Assembly (NCBI GenBank): GCA_022821725.1 | Contig: JAJEDB010000043.1 | Coordinates: forward strand, 143,900 to 207,899 | Length of the DNA stretch: 64,000 nucleotides | Reading direction: 5' to 3' | Source: Candidatus Poribacteria bacterium | Lineage (GTDB): Bacteria > Poribacteria > WGA-4E > WGA-3G | In this document: positions 8,532-18,571 of the stretch, piece by piece | How positions within the stretch are numbered: position 1 is the stretch's first letter | How the letters are laid out: each line of letters begins with the position of its first letter | Position numbers and translations under genes: made by a program | The notes under the pieces: model-generated | The model's input: only the letters and a program-made list of their open reading frames with translations | Told to the model about the DNA's origin: nothing | Databases searched by the model: none

Positions 8532-10678
8532 TGAAGAAACGAACCTTTACTGGAATTGTCTTCGCGACACTGGTCGCCTGTCTCATTGTGTGGGGTATCC
8601 CCTCTACTTATGCCAGACCCCACGAAGAACTGACCTTTGAACCGATCGAGTTTAAACCGCCCGTTCCAGAGAAGCGAATCCTCTCAAACGGGATGACGCT
8701 CTACCTCATTGAGGACCATGAGTTGCCCTTGTTTAACATCAACGGTTTGATCAAAACAGGTGACATCTACGATCCAGCGGATAAGGTAGGCTTGTCTGCC
8801 ATATTTGCCTCCGTTATGCGAACCGGCGGCACGGTGTCGCGTGAACCGGACGCGTTGAACGAGGAATTGGAATCTATGGCGGCCTCCGTTGAAGTTGGGA
8901 TGTCGCGTGAATACGGGACAATTAACCTCTCAACGCTCGCCGAAGACATCGAAAAAGGGTTGGAAATTTTTGCCGATGTGCTCCGGAATCCTGCATTTCG
9001 CGAAGATAAATTAGAACTCCGTAAGCAGCAGTCGATCGAACGTATCCGCCGACGCAACGATAACCCCATCCAATTGGCGTGGCGTAACTTCTCCGCGCTG
9101 CTCTATGGAACCGACCATCCGTTCGGGTGGTATACCGAAATTGAGGGTATAGAAAGCATCACAGTTGACGATCTCAAAGCACTCCACGCGAAATACTATC
9201 ATCCCAACAACCTGATGCTCGCGATTACCGGCGATTTCGATACGGAAACGCTGATCGCGCAACTGGAAAAAGTGTTTGAAGGTTGGGAATCCGCAGATAT
9301 TACTTTCCCTGATGTTCCAACCGTGGATCCTACTCCCGAAGCGTCCGTTAATTATATTTTCAAGGATCTCCCGCAGTCGGTGATGTTAATCGGGCATTTC
9401 GGCATCAAGCGCACGCCAGATTTTCCCGATTTCTTCGCGCTCCGTGTGATGAACGATATTCTTGGAGAAGGCGGTTTCACCTCTCGGCTCATGAGAGAAG
9501 TGCGTGAGAAACACGGTCTCGCCTATATGGTCGGCAGCATCATGCAAACGAGTTACTATACGAATCCAGGGGAATGGTTCGCCTATTCGCAGACTCGGAC
9601 GGAAAAGACGGCAGAGGCGATCTCGCTTATCATTAATGTCGTCAAGGGTCTCCGAGATACACCTGTCCCAGAAGATGAGTTACAGCGCACCAAAGATTCA
9701 CTCATCAATTCGTTTGTCTTTGGGTTTGAGAGCAGTTCGCAAATCGCCTTCCAACAGATGATGCTGGCGTATCGCGGTTACGCCTCCGACTTCCTTGAAA
9801 CCTATACCGATAATATCGCGAAGGTCACGGCAGCGGATGTGCAGGCAGTCGCACAAAAGTATCTCCATCCCGACGCACTCACGATTGTCACTGTAGGGAA
9901 TAAAGCCAATTTCGATCGATCGCTTGATGAATTCGGTGAGGTGAACGAAATCGAGATAAAGCAACCGGCACCGCCCCCTGCGGAACCGATGCCTGAAGCG
10001 AGTGAAGGCGACATGGCGAAAGCCAAAGAGATCGTCGCGGCGGCAGTCGATGCTTATGGTGGGCTTGAGAAGCTGCAAACCGTCAAGAATATTGTCGCTG
10101 AAGGACGCGCGACCGCCAATTCACCGATGGGACCGATGAACCTGGATATAAAGGAATATCTAATCTATCCCGATAAACTTCGGCAGGATCTCAAGATGCC
10201 CCAGGGCGAAATGAGTTACGCCTTCAGTGGGACTTCTGGGTTCGCGCTGACACCTATGGGGACGCAACCTTTACCGCCAGAAATGACAGCTTTCATGAAA
10301 GATGATATCTTCAGACAACCGGTTTGGCTGCTCACGAGTCTTATGAAGGATGATGACGCAATTCAATATGCTGGGACAGAAGATGTCATGGGAACATCCG
10401 CTGCAATTGTGCTTGCTCCGCAACCTTCAGGTGAAGTCCTCAAAATTTCCATCAGTGAAGAGACACACTATATCGTGAAAATGAGCTTCCGTGAGACGGA
10501 ACAGGGCGTTGTCGTCAATAAAGAAACGCTTTTAGGTGATTATCGCGATGTGGATGGTGTCAAAGTTCCACATCATATTCAGCAGAATGTAGAGGGTGAA
10601 CTCTTTACCGAAACGCGTTTAAACAGCGTCATGTTGAACGCAGAACTCGACGATTCACTGTTTCAGGAGCCAAAGTGA
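8531..10678 (+). CDS. M16 family peptidase, non-catalytic subunit, with extra C-terminal domain
   Basis: 715 aa. ATGA overlap with the upstream M16 gene. The HxxEH position reads AIFASVMRTGGT (no His/Glu). A proline linker PAPPPAEPMPE at about aa 479 precedes an extra ~220-aa domain. Confidence 0.85.
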   Translation: MKKRTFTGIVFATLVACLIVWGIPSTYARPHEELTFEPIEFKPPVPEKRILSNGMTLYLIEDHELPLFNINGLIKTGDIYDPADKVGLSAIFASVMRTGGTVSREPDALNEELESMAASVEVGMSREYGTINLSTLAEDIEKGLEIFADVLRNPAFREDKLELRKQQSIERIRRRNDNPIQLAWRNFSALLYGTDHPFGWYTEIEGIESITVDDLKALHAKYYHPNNLMLAITGDFDTETLIAQLEKVFEGWESADITFPDVPTVDPTPEASVNYIFKDLPQSVMLIGHFGIKRTPDFPDFFALRVMNDILGEGGFTSRLMREVREKHGLAYMVGSIMQTSYYTNPGEWFAYSQTRTEKTAEAISLIINVVKGLRDTPVPEDELQRTKDSLINSFVFGFESSSQIAFQQMMLAYRGYASDFLETYTDNIAKVTAADVQAVAQKYLHPDALTIVTVGNKANFDRSLDEFGEVNEIEIKQPAPPPAEPMPEASEGDMAKAKEIVAAAVDAYGGLEKLQTVKNIVAEGRATANSPMGPMNLDIKEYLIYPDKLRQDLKMPQGEMSYAFSGTSGFALTPMGTQPLPPEMTAFMKDDIFRQPVWLLTSLMKDDDAIQYAGTEDVMGTSAAIVLAPQPSGEVLKISISEETHYIVKMSFRETEQGVVVNKETLLGDYRDVDGVKVPHHIQQNVEGELFTETRLNSVMLNAELDDSLFQEPK

Positions 10679-11454
10679 AAACGTTAAATTTACGCGTCCG
10701 CTACTTTCAAGATAGCACTCCGGCAGATGTGCCGTGCCGTGAAACCGCTTTCATCCGGCGTGAGTTTGATATGCCGTTGCCTGTCGAGGAGACCGCTTTG
10801 GTACTCGTCGACTTATGGAATGTGCATTTCATCGAAAGCTGGATAGAACGCGCGGCACAGGTAACGAAGGAGTGCGTCGTGCCTGTGATAGATGCCGCGC
10901 GGAAAGCGGGTTTGACGATTGTTCATGCCCCCTCTCCGTCTGTAGCGGCGCAATATCCACAACTCAAACGGCACAAGCCGCCCGAGCCCTCTACGCCTTC
11001 AGCGTGGCCCCCCTCCGATTTCCGAAGTCGAGAGGGGGACTACGCCGTTTATCGTGGTCCTCGGAGTCAACCCCCGAGCATCGATATCCATTGGAACAAA
11101 CTCGCGTCACAACTCTCCGTTTCTCCAGCGATTGATGTGAAACCGGAAGATTTTGTTATCGCGACGGGACAGCAGCTGCATGAACTCATGGAGGAACGAG
11201 GTATCTTGCATCTGCTCTTTGCTGGTTTTGCGACGAATTGGTGTGTATTGGGTAGGGATTACGGTATCCGCTCTATGGCGCGGTATGGTTACAATATCAT
11301 CCTGTTCCGTGATGCCACAACGGGTGTGGAATTCCCAGATACCTACGATAACCTGTTCACAACAGAGATCTCCATTCGGGAGGTGGAACAGCAGTACGGC
11401 TTCAGTGCATCAAACGTCGATTTTTTTGATGCAGTTGAGAAACTTCCAGCATAG
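10675..11454 (+). CDS. Isochorismatase-like cysteine hydrolase
   Basis: ALVLVDLWN..(D), FAGFATNWCVL (nucleophile Cys context). 4-nt overlap with the upstream gene. Confidence 0.75.
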   Translation: MKTLNLRVRYFQDSTPADVPCRETAFIRREFDMPLPVEETALVLVDLWNVHFIESWIERAAQVTKECVVPVIDAARKAGLTIVHAPSPSVAAQYPQLKRHKPPEPSTPSAWPPSDFRSREGDYAVYRGPRSQPPSIDIHWNKLASQLSVSPAIDVKPEDFVIATGQQLHELMEERGILHLLFAGFATNWCVLGRDYGIRSMARYGYNIILFRDATTGVEFPDTYDNLFTTEISIREVEQQYGFSASNVDFFDAVEKLPA

Positions 11455-11488
11455 AGTTCTACCAATGGACTTCTGTTTTTCACTGTCA

Positions 11489-11510
11489 GGCGAGGTCTCC
11501 GTGCCTCGCC
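11489..11510. terminator. REP-type hairpin in a convergent gap (bidirectional terminator candidate)
   Basis: GGCGAGG-TCTCCGTG-CCTCGCC followed by TCTTTTCTT. Lies between the converging isochorismatase and cstA genes. Confidence 0.6.
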
Positions 11511-11538
11511 TCTTTTCTTGCAAAAGTTATGTTCCTAT

Positions 11539-13431
11539 TCAATCGGCAGCAACGCTTTCCAACGGTGGAAGTTCCGGGTAGTTGCCACGTGCGTATCGCC
11601 ACGCCAAGACCCCTTCAGCGATCATCCAGACCTGTAACGCTTCCACGACAACACCGAATCCGAAGAGTAAATATTTGCCAGTGAAAAGCCATCCTGTTTC
11701 AGGATTGAACATCTGGTGGAGCATTGCCCACGCGGGCATGATGAGCATGACGATCATCGGGAGGAGGGCAAACCAGATCGGTTTGTTACGGCGCAGGAGA
11801 TAGAAAACGATGACCATGAAGGCTAATCCGGCTAAGAGCTGATTTGTCGCACCGAAGAGGGGCCAGAGCGTCAAGCCGCCACTGCCGGGACCACTCGGTC
11901 CCTGTAGCAGCGCAACCGCAGCGGCGAGCACTAATGCAAACGCAGTCGCTATATAACGGTTCGTCAAAGGTTTGAAGTTAACCGTTTGTGCCAGTTCGTG
12001 GATAACATAGCGTTGGAGTCGTGTCGCTGTGTCTAACGTTGTGGCGGCAAAACTCGCAACGAGTACCGCCATAATCGCAATGCCCATCTTGAGCGGAATA
12101 CCGAGAGAGGCGAGGAAATTCCCACCCCCGTCCACAAACGCACTCACTTTCGCCTTGAGTCCGTGGCTTGCCCAGCCGCTGACGACCGTAGTCGTCCCGT
12201 CAGTGCTTGTTTCCGTTTTGATAGCGTAGCGCGCTTTCCAAGCATCGTGATTGGTGACAGGGGTCACGCTATCTGCTTTGACAATCGGTTGGAAGGTATA
12301 GTTTGCGCCGGTACCCGTCCGATTGAAAATCCCCATACCGATGCCAGCACAGCAGGCAAGAATAACGATAACGGCAAGTCCACCCTCGAGTAGCATCGCC
12401 CCGTATCCGACGTATTGCGCGTCGCCTTCGGAGGCGACCTGCTTACTGGAAGTCCCGGAACTCACCATACAGTGGAAACCGCTGACCGCACCGCAGGCAA
12501 TCGTAATAAAGAGGAAGGGCCAGATCGGTGGGGCATCAGGTGGGATGTCCGAAGCAATAGCCGGCGCGGAGGCTGTCAGATCCGCTCTGCCTGTGAAGCC
12601 TGCAACGGCAAGTCCAAGCACTAATAGGAGGAGTGCTAATACAAGTTCATGGCTGTTGATGAAGTCACGCGGTTGCAAAAGCGTCCAGACGGGTAATACC
12701 GAGGCGATAAAACAGTAGACGAAAAGCACCAGTGTCCAGATCACCACGACGTTTAGGTAAGTTTTTCCGAGCAAGGGAATACCGAACCATTGCGATAGGT
12801 CAATCGGTAGGAGATACGCACCAACTGCCATCCCAATGTACATGATACCGAGCGCGACAATGGAAGGAATGAGAATATTGCCACCCCTACGATAGATCCA
12901 GATACCGATAGCAACAGCGAGCGGAATTTCCACCCAAACGGACAGGACAGATTCAGGGTAGTAGGAGAAAATCAGGGCAATGACCAAGCCGAAGATGGCA
13001 AGGACAATGGTCAACCCCATAAAGAGGACGAAAAGGAAGAGAAATTTCGCGCGTGGACCGATCATCCGCCCCGCAACTTCGCCGACACTTTGCCCACGGT
13101 TACGGAGGGAGACAACGAGTGCACCGAAGTCATGCACAGCACCGATGAAAACCGAGCCGAGGACAACCCAAAGCAACGCCGGCAGCCATCCCCAGAAAAC
13201 GGCAATGGCAGGTCCTACGATCGGACCTGTACCCGCGATACTCGTGAAATGGTGCCCAAAGATGACCTCTTTTTTCGTTGGAATGTAATCGACATCATCT
13301 CGCAGCTCCTGACTGGGCACTGTGGCTTGGGCATCTAATCCGAAAATCTTTCTCGCCAACCATTTGCCATAGGTATGATAGGCAACGATGAAACCGATGA
13401 AGCTTAAAATCGCAATGATAAGCGTATTCAT
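11539..13431 (-). CDS. cstA: Carbon starvation protein A (peptide/pyruvate transporter family)
   Basis: 630 aa polytopic. FGHHFTSIAGTGPIVGPAIAV signature. Confidence 0.9.
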   Translation of the reverse strand: MNTLIIAILSFIGFIVAYHTYGKWLARKIFGLDAQATVPSQELRDDVDYIPTKKEVIFGHHFTSIAGTGPIVGPAIAVFWGWLPALLWVVLGSVFIGAVHDFGALVVSLRNRGQSVGEVAGRMIGPRAKFLFLFVLFMGLTIVLAIFGLVIALIFSYYPESVLSVWVEIPLAVAIGIWIYRRGGNILIPSIVALGIMYIGMAVGAYLLPIDLSQWFGIPLLGKTYLNVVVIWTLVLFVYCFIASVLPVWTLLQPRDFINSHELVLALLLLVLGLAVAGFTGRADLTASAPAIASDIPPDAPPIWPFLFITIACGAVSGFHCMVSSGTSSKQVASEGDAQYVGYGAMLLEGGLAVIVILACCAGIGMGIFNRTGTGANYTFQPIVKADSVTPVTNHDAWKARYAIKTETSTDGTTTVVSGWASHGLKAKVSAFVDGGGNFLASLGIPLKMGIAIMAVLVASFAATTLDTATRLQRYVIHELAQTVNFKPLTNRYIATAFALVLAAAVALLQGPSGPGSGGLTLWPLFGATNQLLAGLAFMVIVFYLLRRNKPIWFALLPMIVMLIMPAWAMLHQMFNPETGWLFTGKYLLFGFGVVVEALQVWMIAEGVLAWRYARGNYPELPPLESVAAD

Positions 13432-13440
13432 TTTTTAATT

Positions 13441-14610
13441 TTATCGGATCCCCATTAACACCTCAAATGTGAGTTGATCCAATTTCTCGTATCCGAGTCC
13501 TTTTTGTGCGAGGGTATCCGGTTCAAAATCAATCTTTCTGAGTCTTCCGACGCTCTCGGCGTTGTAATGTGCCATGAGCGCTTCAAGTTCAGGATCGCGT
13601 GCTTGTATTTCAGCGAGAATCCCTTGAATTTCCGCATCTTCGTTGAAACGGCGTGCTTTCTCTTTCAGAATTAGATAACTCCGCATGCATCCTGCGGCAA
13701 AGTCCCAGACCCCTTGTTCGTCTTCAGTCCTATAGGCGTGTGCATCAAAGTGGCGAGAGCCGTCCCAGTTCACATCTTCAAGGAATTTGACGAGGAAGAA
13801 TGCACTCTTGATATTTTCAGAACCGAAGCGCAGGTCTTGGTCGAAACGACTCATCTTCTGGTCGTTGAGATCAATATGGAAGAGTTTACCCGATTCGTAT
13901 GCCTGTGCGACACCGTGAATGAAACTCAAACCTGCCATCGTTTCGTGGGCAAATTCGGGGTTCACACCGACCATCTCTGGGTGGTCAAGCGTCTCAATAA
14001 AGTGGAGCATGTGTCCCGTTGTCGGTAAGTAGATGTCGCCGCGGGGTTCATTCGGTTTCGCTTCAAGTGCGAACCGGAGGTCGTAACCTTGGTCTTTCAC
14101 GTAGTGCGTGAAGTAGTTCATCGCCTCACGATTCCACTTGACGGTATCGGGTCCATTTTTAGAGGCATCTACTTCTGCGCCTTCACGCCCACCCCAAAAT
14201 ACATAAACGGTCGCGCCGAGTTCAACACCGAGATCAATGGCGTTCAAGGTTTTCTGGATTGCGAATGCCCGCACCTTCGGATCGTTAGCGGTAAATGCCC
14301 CGTCTTTAAAGATTGGATGGTAGAAGAGATTTGTTGTTGCCATCGGCACCTTCATACCGTGATCGGAGAGTGCCTGCTTAAATTCGCTAACAATTTTATC
14401 GCGTTCGACAGCTGAAGCATCAAAGGGGACCAAGTCGTTATCATGTAAATTAACGCCGTAGGCACCGAGTTCGCTTAATTTTTGGACTGTGTATGTGGGT
14501 TTCAAGGGGGGCCTGACAACGTCACCAAATGGATCGCGTCCGGGATTACCGACCGTCCATAACCCAAAGGTAAACTTATGCTCAGGCTTAGGCTGATACA
14601 GTTCTGACAT
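13441..14610 (-). CDS. xylA: Xylose isomerase, short class I type
   Basis: 389 aa. [18 protein letters not shown] and LHDNDLVPF, as in actinobacterial-type XylA. Confidence 0.9.
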   Translation of the reverse strand: MSELYQPKPEHKFTFGLWTVGNPGRDPFGDVVRPPLKPTYTVQKLSELGAYGVNLHDNDLVPFDASAVERDKIVSEFKQALSDHGMKVPMATTNLFYHPIFKDGAFTANDPKVRAFAIQKTLNAIDLGVELGATVYVFWGGREGAEVDASKNGPDTVKWNREAMNYFTHYVKDQGYDLRFALEAKPNEPRGDIYLPTTGHMLHFIETLDHPEMVGVNPEFAHETMAGLSFIHGVAQAYESGKLFHIDLNDQKMSRFDQDLRFGSENIKSAFFLVKFLEDVNWDGSRHFDAHAYRTEDEQGVWDFAAGCMRSYLILKEKARRFNEDAEIQGILAEIQARDPELEALMAHYNAESVGRLRKIDFEPDTLAQKGLGYEKLDQLTFEVLMGIR

Positions 14611-14663
14611 TCATTTACTCCTATTACTTGTAATTTTGGCGAAGCTTATAAACCAACAATCAG

Positions 14664-14693
14664 ATTATACCATATTTGGCGGATTTGTTGCAA
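14664..14693 (-). promoter_or_regulatory. sigma70 promoter of the xylA-cstA unit
   Basis: Minus strand TTGCAA-N18-TATAAT with TGG extended -10. About 50 nt upstream of the xylA ATG. Confidence 0.55.
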
Positions 14694-14797
14694 ATTTTTA
14701 TTCTCGCACGATTTCGGTTGTGTTTCCGTATAAGGCGTGTCCCATTGGAAGCAACTGCACAGGGTAGGGCGCGATTATCCGAGTTGTAGTTGCGCTT

Positions 14798-15427
14798 TCA
14801 CAGAATACGTTGACCCGTTACATTATACGCCTCGATTTTCGTGGTGGCGACGGTGCCACTCGGATACTGGTCCGCGAACATCGTCCAGATCATCGTATCC
14901 CGTGGGGCTTGACCTTCCCGAAGCAGGCGGCGAGATAGCGTCGCTTCGTGAAAGAAACCGATCTTTTCTGCGACTCTCACGCTCGCTATGTTCTCCGGAT
15001 CGCAATGGATCTCCACGCGATTGACTTTATTAATCTTAAAGGCAACCTGGGTTAGTGCAGCCGCCGTTTCTGTCGCCAATCCCTTATTCGTGTATGTATG
15101 ATGGATCCAGTAACCGATTTCTAATGCTGCTTTGCCGATTCGCGGGTGCAATCCCGTGCCGCCGAGTACCCGGGTTTCGTCCAAATTAAAAATCCCGTAA
15201 GTGAAATCCTGTCCCAAGTCAAACTTACCGCGGAACTGACGGATGGACTCGATTTTTGTCTGCAAGTCTGTCGGTTCATTCACTGCCCACGGCATCTGTG
15301 GGCGGAGATGCTCCAAATTCTCATCAACTGATGCTTTGAGTAGAGAGGCATCCTCAGGCTGCCAGCACCGGATCACCAGTCGCTGTGTATGAACACGGTA
15401 AGCGGGACCAACTGTGTTGAAAATCAA
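14798..15427 (-). CDS. GNAT family N-acetyltransferase (RimJ/RimL-like)
   Basis: 209 aa. TNKGLATE..A acetyl-CoA loop region. TTG start preceded by AAGGAG. Confidence 0.75.
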   Translation of the reverse strand: MIFNTVGPAYRVHTQRLVIRCWQPEDASLLKASVDENLEHLRPQMPWAVNEPTDLQTKIESIRQFRGKFDLGQDFTYGIFNLDETRVLGGTGLHPRIGKAALEIGYWIHHTYTNKGLATETAAALTQVAFKINKVNRVEIHCDPENIASVRVAEKIGFFHEATLSRRLLREGQAPRDTMIWTMFADQYPSGTVATTKIEAYNVTGQRIL

Positions 15428-15610
15428 TTAGATGCTCCTTTTCCACATAGAAACCAGAAATTGTTGTCCTTTTAGAGGACTTCCATTCCTACGAATCCAG
15501 AAAGTGATTTGTGTTATGAGGTGATAGAGAACTGATCTTCCGAAGATGGGTCTACACTATAAAACCCTACAGTAGCGCATTAGACGGAAGATGCTTATAT
15601 AGGCAGTGCC

Positions 15611-16939
15611 TTAGATTTCAAGGTGCATGGAAATCTGTTTCAGGACATTTTCATAGTCTGCTTCCAATTCCAGTGGCGTATTTAGATAGCGAGGCGGGGG
15701 GTCCCCAGGCGTGACATCGTGATATGCCACCTTGAAATCCGGGAATTTGAGTCCATTCGCAGTAGAGATAACGATAACCCTGTCATCTGGACGGATCTGT
15801 TTACGTTCGACCATTTTTATCAGGACAGCGAGGGCTACCCCCGTGTGTGGACAATTGAACAGTCCTGTTCGATCGGCGCGTGCAGCGGCATCCGCCAATT
15901 CCGTTTCTGTCGCTTGATCGACGATACCATCGAACCGTTTAAGGACACGGATTGCCCGATGGATTGAGACAGGATTGCCGATTTGAATCGCTGTGGCTTG
16001 TGTGGCTTGTGCGGTGATAGCATGAAACTCTGTGAATCCTGTTTGATAGCTTCGATACAGCGGATTTGCGCGTTCTGCTTGGGCACAAGCAATGCGCGGA
16101 AGTTTATCAATGATACCGAGTTCCAACATCATTAAAAAGCCGAGTCCGAGTGCGGAAACATTGCCGAGGTTCCCCCCGGGAATGATTACCCAATCCGGCA
16201 CTTCCCAGTCGAACTGCTGCACAATCTCAATGCTAATCGTTTTCTGCCCTTCAATCCGGAGGGAGTTGATGGAATTGGCGAGGTAGAAATCTTTTCGCGC
16301 AGAGAGTTTTTGGACGATCTCCATACACCCATCAAAATCTGTCTCAAGTGAAAGCGTCAAGGCACCATTCGCAATAGGTTGAATGAGTTGCGCACGTGTA
16401 ACTTTCGCTTTCGGTAACAGAATGACCGCTGGAATGCCGGCTGCAGATGCATACGCTGCCAAAGCGGCGGAGGTATCGCCAGTTGATGCGCACATGACGG
16501 CGCGAAGATTTCCCGACTCAGCCATGATCTGGTTGACCATTGAGACGAGAACGGTCATTCCGAGGTCTTTAAATGAGCCGGTATGGCTGTTACCGCACTG
16601 TTTAATCCACAGGTCGCTCACCCCGAGTTGATGACCGAGCCGTTCTGCCCAGAACAGATTGGTCCCCCCCTCATACATAGAAATGATGTTATTATCATCA
16701 ATGATTGGGCAGACGAGTTCCTTTTTCCCCCAGACACCGCTGCCATACGGATATTGCGTGCGCATGTAGCGCTGTTCAAAGAGGGTCTTCCATTCAGTAG
16801 CACGCCGCTGTTTTAACAGGTCCATATTGTGCCGGACCTCTAACAGTCCGCCACAGTTTTTGCACCGATAGATAACTTCTGTAAGCGGATAGGTCTCATC
16901 GCATCCTGCGCTGCACTGGAACCATGCGTCGTAGTTCAT
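15611..16939 (-). CDS. thrC: Threonine synthase
   Basis: 442 aa. N-terminal Cys4 ribbon (CSAGC..CKNC), PLP-lysine context TGSFKDLG. Confidence 0.9.
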   Translation of the reverse strand: MNYDAWFQCSAGCDETYPLTEVIYRCKNCGGLLEVRHNMDLLKQRRATEWKTLFEQRYMRTQYPYGSGVWGKKELVCPIIDDNNIISMYEGGTNLFWAERLGHQLGVSDLWIKQCGNSHTGSFKDLGMTVLVSMVNQIMAESGNLRAVMCASTGDTSAALAAYASAAGIPAVILLPKAKVTRAQLIQPIANGALTLSLETDFDGCMEIVQKLSARKDFYLANSINSLRIEGQKTISIEIVQQFDWEVPDWVIIPGGNLGNVSALGLGFLMMLELGIIDKLPRIACAQAERANPLYRSYQTGFTEFHAITAQATQATAIQIGNPVSIHRAIRVLKRFDGIVDQATETELADAAARADRTGLFNCPHTGVALAVLIKMVERKQIRPDDRVIVISTANGLKFPDFKVAYHDVTPGDPPPRYLNTPLELEADYENVLKQISMHLEI

Positions 16940-17577
16940 TGCTCGGCGTTCTCCTCCATAGCGGCTGGAAGGGTGTTTTGGGCAGGTTCGTTTCCGTTTG
17001 ATGTATTCAGGAGTTCATCTATTTCTTCAAGTGAGGGCAACTCAGAGGCATCTTTCAAACCGAATTGTAGGAGGAACTCGTCTGTGGTTGAAAAGAGCAA
17101 GGAGCGCCCATCTTTTCTCCCAGCGATACGCACCAGTCCTTTCTCTACCAGTGAATTGATTACACTGTCACTGTTCACACCGCGAAGCGCAGCGACATCC
17201 GTCCGCGTGATAGGTTGCTTGTAAGCAACAATTGCGAGGGTTTCAAGTGCTGATGGGGACAGTTTGACCCGCACCTGACGCGTATAAAACTTCTGAATCC
17301 ACGCTGCGTATTCTGGATCCGTGCAGATTTGGTAACCATTCGCTATTTCAACGAGCCGAAAACTCCGTCTCATCTCTTGATAGTCTTGACGCAGTTCGTC
17401 GAGTTCCGTCCGGATTGCGCGTTTGTCTAACGCCGGCAGCACGGTTTGAAACTGTTCCACCGAAATGGGTTCGCTCGCGGCGAACAGAATCGCTTCCAAA
17501 ATTAATTTAGGGTTTTGCGCGGGTATCGCGTCCGGTTCCTCTATCGAATCGACAGCGGTAACATATTCAGAATCCAT
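16936..17577 (-). CDS. scpB: Segregation and condensation protein B
   Basis: 213 aa. ILEAILFAASEPISV and ALETLAIVAYKQPITRTDV winged-helix repeats. 4-nt overlap with thrC. Confidence 0.9.
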   Translation of the reverse strand: MDSEYVTAVDSIEEPDAIPAQNPKLILEAILFAASEPISVEQFQTVLPALDKRAIRTELDELRQDYQEMRRSFRLVEIANGYQICTDPEYAAWIQKFYTRQVRVKLSPSALETLAIVAYKQPITRTDVAALRGVNSDSVINSLVEKGLVRIAGRKDGRSLLFSTTDEFLLQFGLKDASELPSLEEIDELLNTSNGNEPAQNTLPAAMEENAEQ

Positions 17578-17588
17578 AAACCAAATTC

Positions 17589-18419
17589 CTAATTGTTTCG
17601 TTCTTCTGAACGAGTGTTTTCAACGGTGGGAGGTGGCGGAATCTCTCGATCCTCTGCCGCTTGCTCCTGTTTAACGATATAAATACTCTCAAAATGGTCG
17701 GTTTGAACAGTGACGATTTTTCCTATCCGAATGAGTTCTAAAATAGCGAGGAACGTTACAATTCGATCTGTCTTGGTCGAGGGCACGGGAAACAGGTCAT
17801 CAAAGAGCAATTGGTTTTCACTTTCCAACTGCCTATCAATAAAGGTAATTTTGTCTTCAACGGTTATTGTTTCCTCTTCAACCGTTTCATAAGTTTCTTC
17901 GACCGCTATCTCTGCGGCTCGATCGTTCACCCCCTTAAAAGCGGTAAGGAGATCGAACAGCGTCGCCTTGATTTCAAACGAACGCGCCCCCTCTAAATCT
18001 TCGTGTATCTTAGGATGTCTGCTGTAGATTAATGTTTGACGTTCGGCATAAACCTCCAAAACTTCGGCAGCCTCTTTGAACTGTTTGTACTCCAAGAGCT
18101 GCTTAACGAGTTGCTCTTGATCACCGATGGTGTATTCAGCCTCCGGTGTGAGTTGTGGGAGGATACTTTGCGATTTAATGTGCAGAAGTGTTGCCGCCAT
18201 CACCAGAAATTCGGATGCCACATCTAAATCTAACTGCTCCATTAGATTCACATATTCCAAGTACCGATCGGTGATGTGCGCAATCTGAATATCGTAAATA
18301 TCCATCTCCTCCTTCTGAATCAGATGGAGGAGCAGATCGAGCGGTCCCTCGAACCCTTCTAACTTCAGGGCATATATTGGAGCTGTAGAAGCGGGCGTTG
18401 GCGTTGTTTCAGTTAGCAA
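17589..18419 (-). CDS. scpA: Segregation and condensation protein A (kleisin)
   Basis: 276 aa. FEGPLDLLLHLIQKEEMDIYDI N-terminal motif, C-terminal VTFLAILELIR. TTG start. Confidence 0.9.
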   Translation of the reverse strand: MLTETTPTPASTAPIYALKLEGFEGPLDLLLHLIQKEEMDIYDIQIAHITDRYLEYVNLMEQLDLDVASEFLVMAATLLHIKSQSILPQLTPEAEYTIGDQEQLVKQLLEYKQFKEAAEVLEVYAERQTLIYSRHPKIHEDLEGARSFEIKATLFDLLTAFKGVNDRAAEIAVEETYETVEEETITVEDKITFIDRQLESENQLLFDDLFPVPSTKTDRIVTFLAILELIRIGKIVTVQTDHFESIYIVKQEQAAEDREIPPPPTVENTRSEERNN

Positions 18420-18520
18420 TTTTAATTTTTCCTTGCGGAGGAATACTGTGCGTTTGAACTTTGACGTGCGTTGCTCATATCCGCCTGCACCGATGTTGCA
18501 GGCTACGCGTTTGGAACTAA
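18420..18520 (-). promoter_or_regulatory. Recurrent leader element, copy A (upstream of scpA)
   Basis: Minus strand: TTAGTTCCAAACGCGTAGCCTGCA-ACATCGG-TGCAGGC..GCACGTCAAAG..CCGCAAGGAAAAATTAAAA-TTG. Copies also at 24858 and 28045. Confidence 0.45.
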
Positions 18521-18571
18521 GGAATACCCCTTAACCGACTCCTCATTTAGTTGCCATCTTCTAATTTTTCT

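Noticed and set aside
15428-15610. 183-bp gap between the GNAT gene and thrC containing an ATCTTCCG...CGGAAGAT inverted repeat and a GGACTTCC string resembling the MITE TIR.
   Set aside because: The match to the TIR is only 6-7 nt, with no paired end at ~90 bp. The inverted repeat has a ~40-nt loop and no supporting features.
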